Assembly: GCA_963717935.1 (NCBI GenBank)
Contig: CAVQXP010000004.1
Coordinates: 1,280,001-1,344,000, forward strand
Source: Candidatus Eiseniibacteriota bacterium
Lineage (GTDB): Bacteria > Eisenbacteria > RBG-16-71-46
Length of the DNA stretch: 64,000 nt
Reading direction: 5' to 3'
Each line of letters opens with the position of its first letter. Positions within the stretch are counted from its first letter, which is position 1. The notes beneath the pieces were generated by a model. That model saw nothing but the letters and a program-made list of their open reading frames with translations. It made no database searches and was not told where the DNA came from. Below are positions 7,184 to 16,202 of this stretch, piece after piece. The position numbers and the translations under genes are program-made.

Positions 7184-9943
7184 ATGCGCTGGTACACAGT
7201 AGTGCTTCTCCTGGGATGTTGTGGCGTGGCATACGCAGGAGACAACCAAACGGGCCAAGCATGTCTGAGTTGGTCCGCAGAAGGCGTGGTCACAAGGGAC
7301 GACGCTGCTCCTCAAGCGCTATTCCCGGTCTTCGTACACGTTGACGGCGCTCCAAGCATCAGCGGTCTCTCTGTATGTCTCCGCTGGAACCCAAGCTCGT
7401 ACGTGTTGGTGAATCCACCGGCGGATTGGAAGGCTGATGTCGGATACAACGTTAATGTGGCTCCGCACGCCACGTTCGCAGACGACGCCGCATTTGACGC
7501 GACAATTGTCTTTCCAGCCCCTCCTGGCGATCACGCAGTCGTAGCCTATTGGTTCCGATATGCGGCCACGGGGGCACCGCCCCCTGCCACGTTCTGCCTC
7601 GCTCAAGTCAAGGCAATGGATGGCGCTGGCGCAATCGATGATCTCGCGCTGCTTGATGGATTGAGTCTGGGCGGCCGCGCCGTGACTGACGGGTGTCCGC
7701 CGACTCCTTCGCACATTGCCAGGGGAAAGCTGCTCGTGCTGATGCGTGCGGAGGCTCTCAGCTCAGGGAGTGACCAGGAGCTAGCGTCCCCTGAGCAACT
7801 GTTGGCTTCTCGCGGAGCAGCAGACTCCCTTGCCGCCGCCGGGGTGCTTGCCATGGTGCGGATCTCCCCGGTGGGCCTGAGCGGCGGCACGTGTTCGCGC
7901 AATCTGATCGGTGAACCGATTGTGCTGCCTGACCCCGGCGCGGTCTACGTGGCCCATCTGCGTCCTGACGTTCTGGCGAAACGTGCCGCATTCGCGCTCT
8001 CGGACGTTAGCGCCGTCAGATCCGCACGACCAATTCCCCTCGTGCAACTCTACCACACGCCACAGGATCCTATGTTCAGCCGGCAATGGGCGCTCAGCAA
8101 CACGTCCCAGACCTATGGCTGTACGCTTCCTGCCTTCAATGCGAACACAGATATTCATCTGCCTGCTGCACTGGACATGACGGTCGCTCGTGGAGCTGGG
8201 GTGCGCGTCGGGGTATTGGACTCAGGGGTTCAAAGTGACCACCCGGAGCTTATAGGTCGCGTTGAGGCAGGTCACAACGCCATAGCACACTCATATGGGT
8301 TGGACTGGGCGACTGAAGACAGCACGTCGCACGGCACGGCGGTGGCCGGCATCATCGCGGCTGCAAGTGACAACGGCATTGGTATAGCTGGCATCGCGGA
8401 TGCCGCGACGATCGTGCCAATCCGCCTTAACTCCGGATACTACTTTCCGCTGGAGGTTGGGACCAGTTGCATGTCTGACTTCCCCAGCTTCCCGCTAGAT
8501 GCTGCGCTAGACGGGTTATGGTGGGCGACTGATTCTACGTCGACGATACCGATTCTCAACATGTCGTGGGGCACCGTAGCTCCGGAGGAGTACACTCCCT
8601 ATCTTGCGACGGCCTGCCTTGCGGGACTGTTGAAGGGGCAGTTTCTGGTTGCGGCATCTGGAAACGACAACTGGGGCCATCCCGACTGGGTTCCGGCACC
8701 AGCCAGGTACGCGAAGCGGGTGTTTTCGGTCGGGGCGGTCTTCGGTAATGGTCTGCGATGGGATGACCGAGTGCTCCCCCAGCCGCTAGGTGGCTGGGGA
8801 ATGTTCAGCGCGTTGTCAAGCTGGGTGTTGGGCTACCCGGTCCCCATCGGCTCGAACTGGGGCCCTCACCTAACTGCCGTGGCCCCTGGCGGACACATGA
8901 TCGCTGCGCTGCGTATGTACACCTTGGTCGACTCGCTCTATCGCTGGAAATACATTTTCGACTGCGCCCACAAGTATTTCGAAGTTGACTCGTGTGGCGT
9001 GAGTTATGCAGACATGGACTCCGTGGAATTCGGTGGGACATCTGCGGCGGCGCCAACCGTTGCGGGTGTGGCCGCTCTGATACTCGGAGAGCATCTAGGG
9101 GCCTTGGTGGGCGAGGACATAACCCAAACACTTATCCGGACGGCGGTGGATCCGATCACTGGCGCTCCAAGCAGTGGGAGAAGCGACACGTTAGGGGCAG
9201 GGATGATCCGTGCCGACCGGGCACTGGCCTTTCTCGCTTCCCCGAAAATCATCGATCATCCCCGTGCCACCAGCCTCGCTGTTGCGGACGTAGACACGGT
9301 ACAGGTCAGCTTCACAGGAGGCACGCCCGGGATTCCTGATGGCCAGTACGATGCTGTTAGGTATCGCCTGGCCGGTCGCGCAGCGTTCTCTCAAGCGTTG
9401 TACGCAGATACTGGGTCGACATGGGTGCGGGCATCAGGAACTCAAGGCATGCTGGATGTCTCTACGTACAACTACTTGGCGGATGTGCCGTTTGGGCGAA
9501 TCACGTCCATAGACACATTGGGCGTTGACGTGGAGACCTTTGTCTACCAGGTCTTGAGTGGTGGCAACGTGCTCGCGTGGTATCCGTGCGACACCGCGTC
9601 AGCCGCGGTGGCAACGACTGCTGTCGGGTATCCCCCCGCCGTAGCGGGAGTGGGTGTAGAGCCTGCGCTTCGCTTTGGAATCACGGTTTCCCCTACCCCA
9701 ACCCGAGGACGGGCAGTGCTGAGCCTCCTCTGCCCGGGGCCGGCAATTGTCGAGGCAGGTATCTACGACGTGCAGGGGCGGGTTGTGCGTCACCTTGGTC
9801 GTCGGTCAGTGGCAGGAGGAACTGTGCAGTATGTCTGGGACGGTCGGCGAGATGACGGTGGATATGCAGCGGACGGCGTGTACTATGCGCGCGGGATCGC
9901 CAATGCTCAGTCGAAGGTCGTAAGGGTTGTCTTACTCAGATGA
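7184..9943 (+). CDS. Secreted S8 (subtilisin-like) serine peptidase with C-terminal FlgD Ig-like/T9SS-like domain
   Basis: Signal peptide MRWYTVVLLLGCCGVAYA. Triad motifs VGVLDSG, HGTAVAGIIAA, GTSAAAPTVAG. Tail IYDVQGRVVR...VWDGRRDDG...GVYYAR...VVLLR. Confidence 0.93.
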   Translation: MRWYTVVLLLGCCGVAYAGDNQTGQACLSWSAEGVVTRDDAAPQALFPVFVHVDGAPSISGLSVCLRWNPSSYVLVNPPADWKADVGYNVNVAPHATFADDAAFDATIVFPAPPGDHAVVAYWFRYAATGAPPPATFCLAQVKAMDGAGAIDDLALLDGLSLGGRAVTDGCPPTPSHIARGKLLVLMRAEALSSGSDQELASPEQLLASRGAADSLAAAGVLAMVRISPVGLSGGTCSRNLIGEPIVLPDPGAVYVAHLRPDVLAKRAAFALSDVSAVRSARPIPLVQLYHTPQDPMFSRQWALSNTSQTYGCTLPAFNANTDIHLPAALDMTVARGAGVRVGVLDSGVQSDHPELIGRVEAGHNAIAHSYGLDWATEDSTSHGTAVAGIIAAASDNGIGIAGIADAATIVPIRLNSGYYFPLEVGTSCMSDFPSFPLDAALDGLWWATDSTSTIPILNMSWGTVAPEEYTPYLATACLAGLLKGQFLVAASGNDNWGHPDWVPAPARYAKRVFSVGAVFGNGLRWDDRVLPQPLGGWGMFSALSSWVLGYPVPIGSNWGPHLTAVAPGGHMIAALRMYTLVDSLYRWKYIFDCAHKYFEVDSCGVSYADMDSVEFGGTSAAAPTVAGVAALILGEHLGALVGEDITQTLIRTAVDPITGAPSSGRSDTLGAGMIRADRALAFLASPKIIDHPRATSLAVADVDTVQVSFTGGTPGIPDGQYDAVRYRLAGRAAFSQALYADTGSTWVRASGTQGMLDVSTYNYLADVPFGRITSIDTLGVDVETFVYQVLSGGNVLAWYPCDTASAAVATTAVGYPPAVAGVGVEPALRFGITVSPTPTRGRAVLSLLCPGPAIVEAGIYDVQGRVVRHLGRRSVAGGTVQYVWDGRRDDGGYAADGVYYARGIANAQSKVVRVVLLR

Positions 9944-10039
9944 TAGCCGAGCTATCACATGCCCGATCGATGGCGTCGGACGGTTGAGGACTCACCCACG
10001 GCCACCCGGACGAGGGACGTGCTCGGGGCGTTTCGTCTA

Positions 10040-10068
10040 TTGACGCGATGGGATCTTTGGCGCATGCT
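10040..10068 (+). promoter_or_regulatory. sigma70-type promoter candidate
   Basis: TTGACG-17 nt-CATGCT upstream of GGAGG/GTG10145. Confidence 0.45.
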
Positions 10069-10144
10069 TGTTGTGGCCGGGACAGGGGCAACCTGTCGTC
10101 ACTTGCCTCTGAAATCGGTCGGAGGCAATTGTTCGGGAGGAACC

Positions 10145-10744
10145 GTGAAGACGCTCATCGCCATTCTTGTCCTCGCGATGGTGGGTTTAGTGCCCCCGAT
10201 CGCCCGAGCGACGGCCGCTGACAGCTGCGGATATGCATATGCGGACGACTTCACCACGAACGCCGTAGAGGTCGACAGCTACTCGCATACAAAGATTGAG
10301 GAGAGCTTCTGCTTTACGTGTGGAAGTGGATGGCTCATGTTTGCCACCGATTCGACCGGGAACCGCGGCCTTGGCTTCTATCCTGGCCTGCTATACGGCT
10401 CGCAGAACGCCTATGTGACGTACCGATTTCCGCAGGACGGCATCGCAGGAGGGATGGTCGGCAGTCTGGCATTCGACGCTCTGTGCTATGTCGGTCTTAC
10501 TGGGGATGGTGGGTTTGCTTGGGCCGATGTAGTCGTCCTCTATGACGACGTGTACGCAGCAACGGCGCACATCTCAGAACCTGGCCACTACAGGTTCGAA
10601 CTAGCACCGCCCCTGACGGCGTCGAAGGTGTACCTCCACATCACTGGTCAGCTGTTCCGGTTGGACAATCTGTCCGTATGCTTGGACGTCTCGACGCCAA
10701 CCCGCACCACGACGTGGGGAAGGCTCAAAGCGTTCTACCGTTGA
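10145..10744 (+). CDS. Secreted hypothetical protein with C-terminal TWGRLKAFYR tail
   Basis: GGAGG RBS, GTG start, signal peptide MKTLIAILVLAMVGLVPPIARA, ends STPTRTTTWGRLKAFYR. Confidence 0.8.
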   Translation: MKTLIAILVLAMVGLVPPIARATAADSCGYAYADDFTTNAVEVDSYSHTKIEESFCFTCGSGWLMFATDSTGNRGLGFYPGLLYGSQNAYVTYRFPQDGIAGGMVGSLAFDALCYVGLTGDGGFAWADVVVLYDDVYAATAHISEPGHYRFELAPPLTASKVYLHITGQLFRLDNLSVCLDVSTPTRTTTWGRLKAFYR

Positions 10745-10750
10745 CGGTAA

Positions 10751-10948
10751 TCAGCCAACACTCTTGCGGGCCGGTCCTCTTGGATTGGTCCGCATCGTCT
10801 TGTATCCTAAGTCGCGCGCCTCGCGGCCGGTGGCGTCGGGGAGCCCGACGAGGACGAAGCCGGGCAGGCCGGGCCCGACATCCACCTCGCACTCGACCGG
10901 GAGCGCCTCCAGGCCCCAGAGGGCGGCCGTCCGCACGCGGCTCAGCAT
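10751..10948 (-). pseudogene. comM: Truncated comM 5' fragment (46 codons fused to 19 unrelated codons)
   Basis: [46 protein letters not shown] is followed by [19 protein letters not shown]. Confidence 0.92.
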
Positions 10949-11011
10949 GGGCCTGCTCCCGGGGAGGCGGGTCGCGGGGGTGACGCCCGGAGCAACGCAA
11001 GCGCCGCGCCA
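10811..11011. repeat. 201-bp direct repeat copy 2
   Basis: Matches 6440-6640 with one mismatch. Confidence 0.95.
10997..11011 (-). promoter_or_regulatory. sigma54 promoter, second copy (in front of truncated comM)
   Basis: Minus strand TGGCGCGGCGCTTGC. Confidence 0.65.
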
Positions 11012-11197
11012 GCTTGCGGTCAGGCCGGCGGGGGCGGGGCGGCCGCTGAGCTCCGGAGCCTCTGCAGGCCCGGGCGCCGCGGCCATCTGCCACTGCCCGG
11101 GCCGATGCCCGCCGGGGACGCTGCGGCAGCACTCGATTTGCGCTCAACCTCCTGGGCTGCTGGTCGATAACCCACTCCTGGACGCCCACCACCGGGA

Positions 11198-13534
11198 GTG
11201 ACGCCATTGCGGCAAGGACGCTCGGAACCCACTCATCATCCAGAGCACGATCTCGCACGAACGCTGGTGGGTGAACTCACCGCGGCGTTCTCGCCACGCG
11301 AGGCCGCGGCCGAGGTCCGGCTTCTCCTGAAGTCGCTGCGGATCGCGCTGCCCGGTGCGGGTCAGCGTCGATTGCGTGTCGTCCTCACGCGTGCGGCCCG
11401 CCGCTGGCGTCGGCGGGGCCTGGGTGACGACGCCGTGGCGCGGATGGTGCTGGAGTTGGCCGCGCCGGGGGTCCTCCGCACCATCCCGCGCGCCCTCCCG
11501 GGGTCCGGCTGCGCGCTGAGGGCCGTGTTGGACTCGGTGCCCATCCCCATGATCACCGGGGACCGGGATCTGCGGGTCACCGTGTGCAATGCCGCCTTCG
11601 AGGAACTCGTCCACGAGTCGAACGCCGCGCTCGAGGGCAGGCCGCTGTCGGAGCTGCTGGGGCCCGAATGCCGTGAGGACCTGCCCCGGCAGCTCGAAGC
11701 GATGAACTCCGGCGCCGGTGCGATGCAGATCGGCCGCATGACCCTGGTCAGCGTGCCCGGGGCGGAGTTCCTCGGGGCATGGATCCCGCTCCGGCAGCCT
11801 GACGGAGTGGGGACCTGGCTGCTGCGGTTGGCCTCGGGCTCCGCCGCGTCGCTCGAGACCCTGGGCGAGCAGTTGCGCCAGGAGGAATCGCAGAAGGAAA
11901 AACTCACCGCGCTGCTCACCGTGAGCAACGCGGTGGTGACCTCGCTCGAGCTGGACCAGATCCTCGACACCATCGCGCGTGAGGTCCGCAAGGTCATCCA
12001 GGTGGACGAGTGCATCGTATTCCTGCTCGACGAGGCGCAGAAGGTGCTCGTGCCGGCGGCCTGCGACGTGCAGGAGTTCCGCGACGAGGTCATGGCCATC
12101 CGCCTGCCGGTGGGCCAGGGCGTGACGGGCAGCGTGGTGCTGACCGGAAGGGGCGAGATCGTCAACGGTGCCCTGGATGACCCGCGGGCCGTCCAGGTGC
12201 CGGGCACGCCGGTCGAGCAGTCGGCGCTGCTCTGCGTCCCCCTGCTGGTGCGCGAGGAGGTGGCCGGGGCCATCACGCTCACGCGGGCCGGAGGCCGCGT
12301 CTTCCAGAACGAGGACCTGGAGCTGGCGACGCTGTTCGCCGGCCAGTGCAGTGCGGCCATCTCGAATGCGCGCCTCTACGAGGAGATCCGGCGCGCCTAC
12401 CACGAGCTGCGCGAGGCCCAGTCTCAGCTGGTGCAGTCGGCCAAGCTCAACGCCCTCGGCGAGATGGCGGGTGGCGTGGCCCACGACTTCAACAACATCC
12501 TGGCCGCGATCCTGGGGCGCGCGCAGTTGCTGCTGCAGGGTGTTTCGGACGAGGGGCAGCGCCGCCAGCTCGAGATCATCGAGCGGGCCGCCCTCGACGG
12601 TGCGCAGGCGGTGCGCCGGGTGCAGGAATTCACGCGCCTGCGGCAGGACGAGCACTTCGAGGCACTGGACGTAAAGGAGGTGCTGCAGGGCGTGCTCGAT
12701 CTGACGCGCTCGGCCTGGGAGGCGGAGTCCAAGCGGCGCGGCATCGCGCTGGCGGCCGTCCTCGACCTGCGCGCCGGGCAGCTCGTCGCGGGCAATGCCT
12801 CGGAGCTGCGCGAGGTCTTCACGAACCTGGTCCTGAACGCGCTCGACGCCATGCCGTGGGGTGGCACGCTCACGCTCTCGAGCGCCGACGCGGATGGCGA
12901 GGTCTGCATCCGCGTGAGCGACACCGGCGTGGGGATGGACGCCGAGACGCGCGGGCACATCTTCGACCCCTTCTTCACCACCAAGCTGGTCAAGGGCACC
13001 GGGCTCGGCCTCTCGGTGGCCTACGGCATCATCACGCGCCACCACGGCCGCATCGAGGTCGAGTCCGAGCCGGATTGCGGCAGCGTCTTCAGCGTCTGGC
13101 TGCCTGCGGCGCTGGCGCGCCAGGCGGAGCCCGAGGTGCCATCGGACGCGCCGTTGCCGCGCCTGCGCGTGCTGGCGGTGGACGACGAGGAGCCGGTGGT
13201 GCAGGTGCTCGGCGACCTGCTCGCCGCGCTGGGCCAGGAGGTGGAGATCGCCCTGGGCGGCGCGGCGGGGCTCGAGCGCTACTCACCCGAGCGTTTCGAC
13301 GTGGTGTTCACCGACCTCGGCATGCCCGGGGTGAACGGCTGGGACGTGGTGCAGACGGTCAAGTCGCGCTCACCGGACACGCCGGTCGTGATCGTCACCG
13401 GCTGGGGGGCGCAGATCGAGGGTGGGGCCTTGCGCGCGCGGGGCGCGGACTACGTGATCCCCAAGCCCTTCTCGCTCGAAGATGTCCGGGAGGTGCTGCG
13501 GCAGCTGAGCGTGGGCCCCGCACGTGCCGCCTGA
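11198..13534 (+). CDS. Hybrid sensor histidine kinase (PAS-GAF-HisKA-HATPase-receiver)
   Basis: H-box GGVAHDFNNIL, N-box NLVLNALDAM, DTGVGM, FDPFFTTK, GTGLGL, receiver LAVDDE...FTDLGMPG...KPF. Start uncertain. Confidence 0.93.
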   Translation: MTPLRQGRSEPTHHPEHDLARTLVGELTAAFSPREAAAEVRLLLKSLRIALPGAGQRRLRVVLTRAARRWRRRGLGDDAVARMVLELAAPGVLRTIPRALPGSGCALRAVLDSVPIPMITGDRDLRVTVCNAAFEELVHESNAALEGRPLSELLGPECREDLPRQLEAMNSGAGAMQIGRMTLVSVPGAEFLGAWIPLRQPDGVGTWLLRLASGSAASLETLGEQLRQEESQKEKLTALLTVSNAVVTSLELDQILDTIAREVRKVIQVDECIVFLLDEAQKVLVPAACDVQEFRDEVMAIRLPVGQGVTGSVVLTGRGEIVNGALDDPRAVQVPGTPVEQSALLCVPLLVREEVAGAITLTRAGGRVFQNEDLELATLFAGQCSAAISNARLYEEIRRAYHELREAQSQLVQSAKLNALGEMAGGVAHDFNNILAAILGRAQLLLQGVSDEGQRRQLEIIERAALDGAQAVRRVQEFTRLRQDEHFEALDVKEVLQGVLDLTRSAWEAESKRRGIALAAVLDLRAGQLVAGNASELREVFTNLVLNALDAMPWGGTLTLSSADADGEVCIRVSDTGVGMDAETRGHIFDPFFTTKLVKGTGLGLSVAYGIITRHHGRIEVESEPDCGSVFSVWLPAALARQAEPEVPSDAPLPRLRVLAVDDEEPVVQVLGDLLAALGQEVEIALGGAAGLERYSPERFDVVFTDLGMPGVNGWDVVQTVKSRSPDTPVVIVTGWGAQIEGGALRARGADYVIPKPFSLEDVREVLRQLSVGPARAA

Positions 13535-13556
13535 GGCGTCCGGTCTCCTCCGTGTG

Positions 13557-13602
13557 AACGAGTGTGCGCCCGCCCCGGGTGGGGGGCGGGCGCACACTCG
13601 TT
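13557..13602. terminator. 20-bp perfect-stem hairpin between convergent genes
   Basis: AACGAGTGTGCGCCCGCCCC-GGGTGG-GGGGCGGGCGCACACTCGTT. Confidence 0.7.
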
Positions 13603-13621
13603 GGGCGCGTGTTCCCGGCGG

Positions 13622-14227
13622 TCAGCGCGTGCTGCCGGGCAGGGTCGCGCCGGGTGCCGCGAGGACCAGGGCGGTCGAGACCAGCCGCGCGTAGCCGCCC
13701 TCGGGCACGCCCGTGCGGTCGAAGCCGCGGACGCGGCCCGAGCGGTCCACCACGAACCACGCGGGCGCGGCGTGACGCGTCGCGGGGTCGAGCGCGCTGA
13801 ACTGCGTGGCGATGATGTTCCGCGAGTCGGGGATGAGCGTGAAGTGCAGGCCGAGCCGGCGGGCCAGACTCGCGACCCCTGTCGCGCTCCGGTCCAACAC
13901 GGCAGCCGGCACCACGCGCAGGTCGAGCAGGCGGTCCCGGTCGCGCTCGAGCGCCAGCAATTGCGCTTCGGTCGGCGAGAACACGAGCAGCACGTGGCCC
14001 TGCGCCCTCAGGTCGCGCAGCCGCTGTGGACGCGAGCCCGGGCCGTCCCAGGCCACGTCGGGCGCCGAGTCGCCGGTCGTCACGACCAGGACGGGTGGCT
14101 CGACCCCGGTCGATGCGAGCGTGACAGGCACGTGCGACGTCTCGACGTTGGTGGGGATGTGGACCTGCGGGGTCGAGGCGACCAGAACGAAACAGGTCGC
14201 GGCGACGACGGCGGGGGAGAGTCTCAA
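13622..14227 (-). CDS. Exported redoxin/AhpC-TSA-fold protein lacking the redox cysteine motif
   Basis: TGDSAPD...LRDLRAQGHVLLVF...LHFTLIPD...PAWFVVDRSGRVR; hydrophobic N-terminus. Confidence 0.75.
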   Translation of the reverse strand: MRLSPAVVAATCFVLVASTPQVHIPTNVETSHVPVTLASTGVEPPVLVVTTGDSAPDVAWDGPGSRPQRLRDLRAQGHVLLVFSPTEAQLLALERDRDRLLDLRVVPAAVLDRSATGVASLARRLGLHFTLIPDSRNIIATQFSALDPATRHAAPAWFVVDRSGRVRGFDRTGVPEGGYARLVSTALVLAAPGATLPGSTR

Positions 14228-14380
14228 GTGGGCCTCCGGGCGTGCGTGGTGGCAGGAACGACGAACCGCCCAGAGTCATCGGCAGGGAGACGGACGGACT
14301 TGAGCCCGCCCGCCTCCCTGCCGCCTGCAAACGCACGGACGCGCGCCCGCCTTCGAGGGAGGCGCCGCCTCGCCCGGGCC

Positions 14381-14965
14381 TCAGGATCCGGTGACGGAGC
14401 TCTTCACCAGTGCCAGCATCTCGTCGAGGGCGATCTGCTGGCCGAGCAGGGCCATGCGCACCACACCCTGGCGGTCGATCAGCACGAAGCCCGGCCGCAC
14501 CAGCCGCATCTTGGTGTCGTAGAGCCCGTAGAGCTGACTGATCTCGCCGGTGACATCGGAGAGCAGGATGACGGGCAGTTGCTCCCGCTCGGCGTGGGAC
14601 TTCAGGACGTGCGCCTTGTCGGCGCAGATGCCGTAGGGCTTCACTCCCAGCCGGCGCAGGTCGGGTTCGATCTCCTTCAGGGGTGCCAGGTCCTTGCGGC
14701 GGTCGGCAAAGACCAGCAGGATCCGGTAGCCCTTGAGGTGCGCGAGCCGCACCGGCCGGCCCTGCGAGCCGTCGAGCTCGAAGTCGGGCGCCTGCTCCCC
14801 GACGTAGACCTGGCTCAGGATACGGCTCCCCTGCGGGGCGGGCGAGATCGGGCTCTCCTTGGTGGTCGGAGATGTCACGGGCGCCTTCGACTTGCTCGCC
14901 TCGTCGGCGCGGGTGGCACCCGCCAGCGCCAGCAGCATCACGATCGTGAAGAGTGAACGTCTCAT
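14381..14965 (-). CDS. Exported redoxin/AhpC-TSA-fold protein lacking the peroxidatic motif
   Basis: Signal peptide MRRSLFTIVMLLALAGA; VGEQAPDFELDGSQGRPVRLAHLKG...LLSDVTGEISQLYGL...FVLIDRQGVVR. Confidence 0.82.
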   Translation of the reverse strand: MRRSLFTIVMLLALAGATRADEASKSKAPVTSPTTKESPISPAPQGSRILSQVYVGEQAPDFELDGSQGRPVRLAHLKGYRILLVFADRRKDLAPLKEIEPDLRRLGVKPYGICADKAHVLKSHAEREQLPVILLSDVTGEISQLYGLYDTKMRLVRPGFVLIDRQGVVRMALLGQQIALDEMLALVKSSVTGS

Positions 14966-15005
14966 GGCCCCACCTCCCGGTTCGGGTACGAGCTTCAGCG
15001 CACGA

Positions 15006-16019
15006 TCATCTCTCCAATGACGTCGGCAGCCGCGTGGACGCCACCGCGTCCCGCACGGCGTGCAGGTTCTCCGCCGGAGTGCCCGGTGGGATCGAGCAAC
15101 CGGGTGCGGCGAGCCAGCGGCGTCCCGCAGTCTCGGCCAGCGCGGCGCCGTACTCCGCCAGCGCGGCCCCGGGACCGGCCGCCTGCAGCGCACCGTCCTG
15201 GGAGATCCCGCCCATCACCGCGGCCCCGAGGCGCTCGAGCGCCTCGCGCAGCGTGGGATTCGTCGGGTCGGTCGTGGCCCACGAGAAGGCCGCGACCGGG
15301 TAGTCCCCGAACTCGAACAGCAGGTTCCTGCGCTTGCAGACGTGCAGGACGTTGAAGGGAGCGCCCGCCGCCGCGGCCAGCACGCGCAGGTCGAAGGGGC
15401 GCGCCCAGGCGCGGTACTGCGCGGGCGTGAGCAGGTCCGCCGAGGCCCAGTCCACGGTGGCGAAGTAGATGCCGTCGGCCCCGGCGCGCAGCACCTCGCG
15501 CACGAAGGGCTCGTAGGTGGCCGTCACCGCCTCGAGCGCTCCGCGCACGAGGCCGGGATGCGAGTCGAGTTGAGCGCGCAGCTCCCCGGGGGTCTCGACC
15601 ATCTCGCCCAGCACGGCGAGCGGCGTGAAGATCGTCTCGATGAGCGGCACTTCGGCCGGCAGTGCCCGGCGCAGCAGGCGCACCGCCTCGATCTGCTCGC
15701 CCAGCGCCCCCGCGGTGGGCGGCCGCGGCGTGACGTGCGCCCAGTCCGTGGGGGCGTGCACGGGCCACGACTCGAGCCCGGGCTTCACGTCCGGCACGCC
15801 CGGGTAGCGGTAGCGCACGCCCCAGGGCTCGACGTGGCAGTGCTTCCGCGGGTTGAGCTTCACCCAGTCCCAGCGGTACTCGCGCCAGAACTCGAGCGTG
15901 GCCTCGACCAGCTCGGCCGCGCTGCTCTCGCGATGATAGAAGTGGCCCCAGAAGGACACCGGGGGCCGATCCACGGCACGGCCCTCGAGGGCAGCCCAGA
16001 CCCGTTCGCGAGACGTCAT
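15006..16019 (-). CDS. Uroporphyrinogen decarboxylase (URO-D)/MtaA-like family protein
   Basis: MTSRERVWAALEGRAVDRPPVSFWGH, GADGIYF, VLHVC, APGCSIPPGTPAENL. Confidence 0.85.
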   Translation of the reverse strand: MTSRERVWAALEGRAVDRPPVSFWGHFYHRESSAAELVEATLEFWREYRWDWVKLNPRKHCHVEPWGVRYRYPGVPDVKPGLESWPVHAPTDWAHVTPRPPTAGALGEQIEAVRLLRRALPAEVPLIETIFTPLAVLGEMVETPGELRAQLDSHPGLVRGALEAVTATYEPFVREVLRAGADGIYFATVDWASADLLTPAQYRAWARPFDLRVLAAAAGAPFNVLHVCKRRNLLFEFGDYPVAAFSWATTDPTNPTLREALERLGAAVMGGISQDGALQAAGPGAALAEYGAALAETAGRRWLAAPGCSIPPGTPAENLHAVRDAVASTRLPTSLER

Positions 16020-16202
16020 GCTGCCTCCCAGGGGTGCCCCGTGGCGGAGGCGCGGCCAATCGGCCCCGCCCGGCGGGGGCCGGTGGAACGGCCCGGGACG
16101 CAACCCGGCGCCACTCCTCTGCGATCACTCTAGACCCCGGGGTGGTTCGCGACAAGAGCCGGGCACTTTGCGCCGCGGGCGCTCTGCCCCTAGCGTTACG
16201 GC

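Larger units (their letters stand above)
6641..10810. mobile_element. Putative comM-integrated cassette B between 201-bp direct repeats; no recombinase
   Basis: Unique AT-richer DNA with two secreted-protein genes, flanked by duplicated comM 5' ends. Confidence 0.65.

Noticed and set aside
6641..10810. Cassette B as a Tn7-like transposon in comM
   Set aside because: No TGT…ACA ends, no 5-bp target duplication and no tns/tniQ genes are visible.
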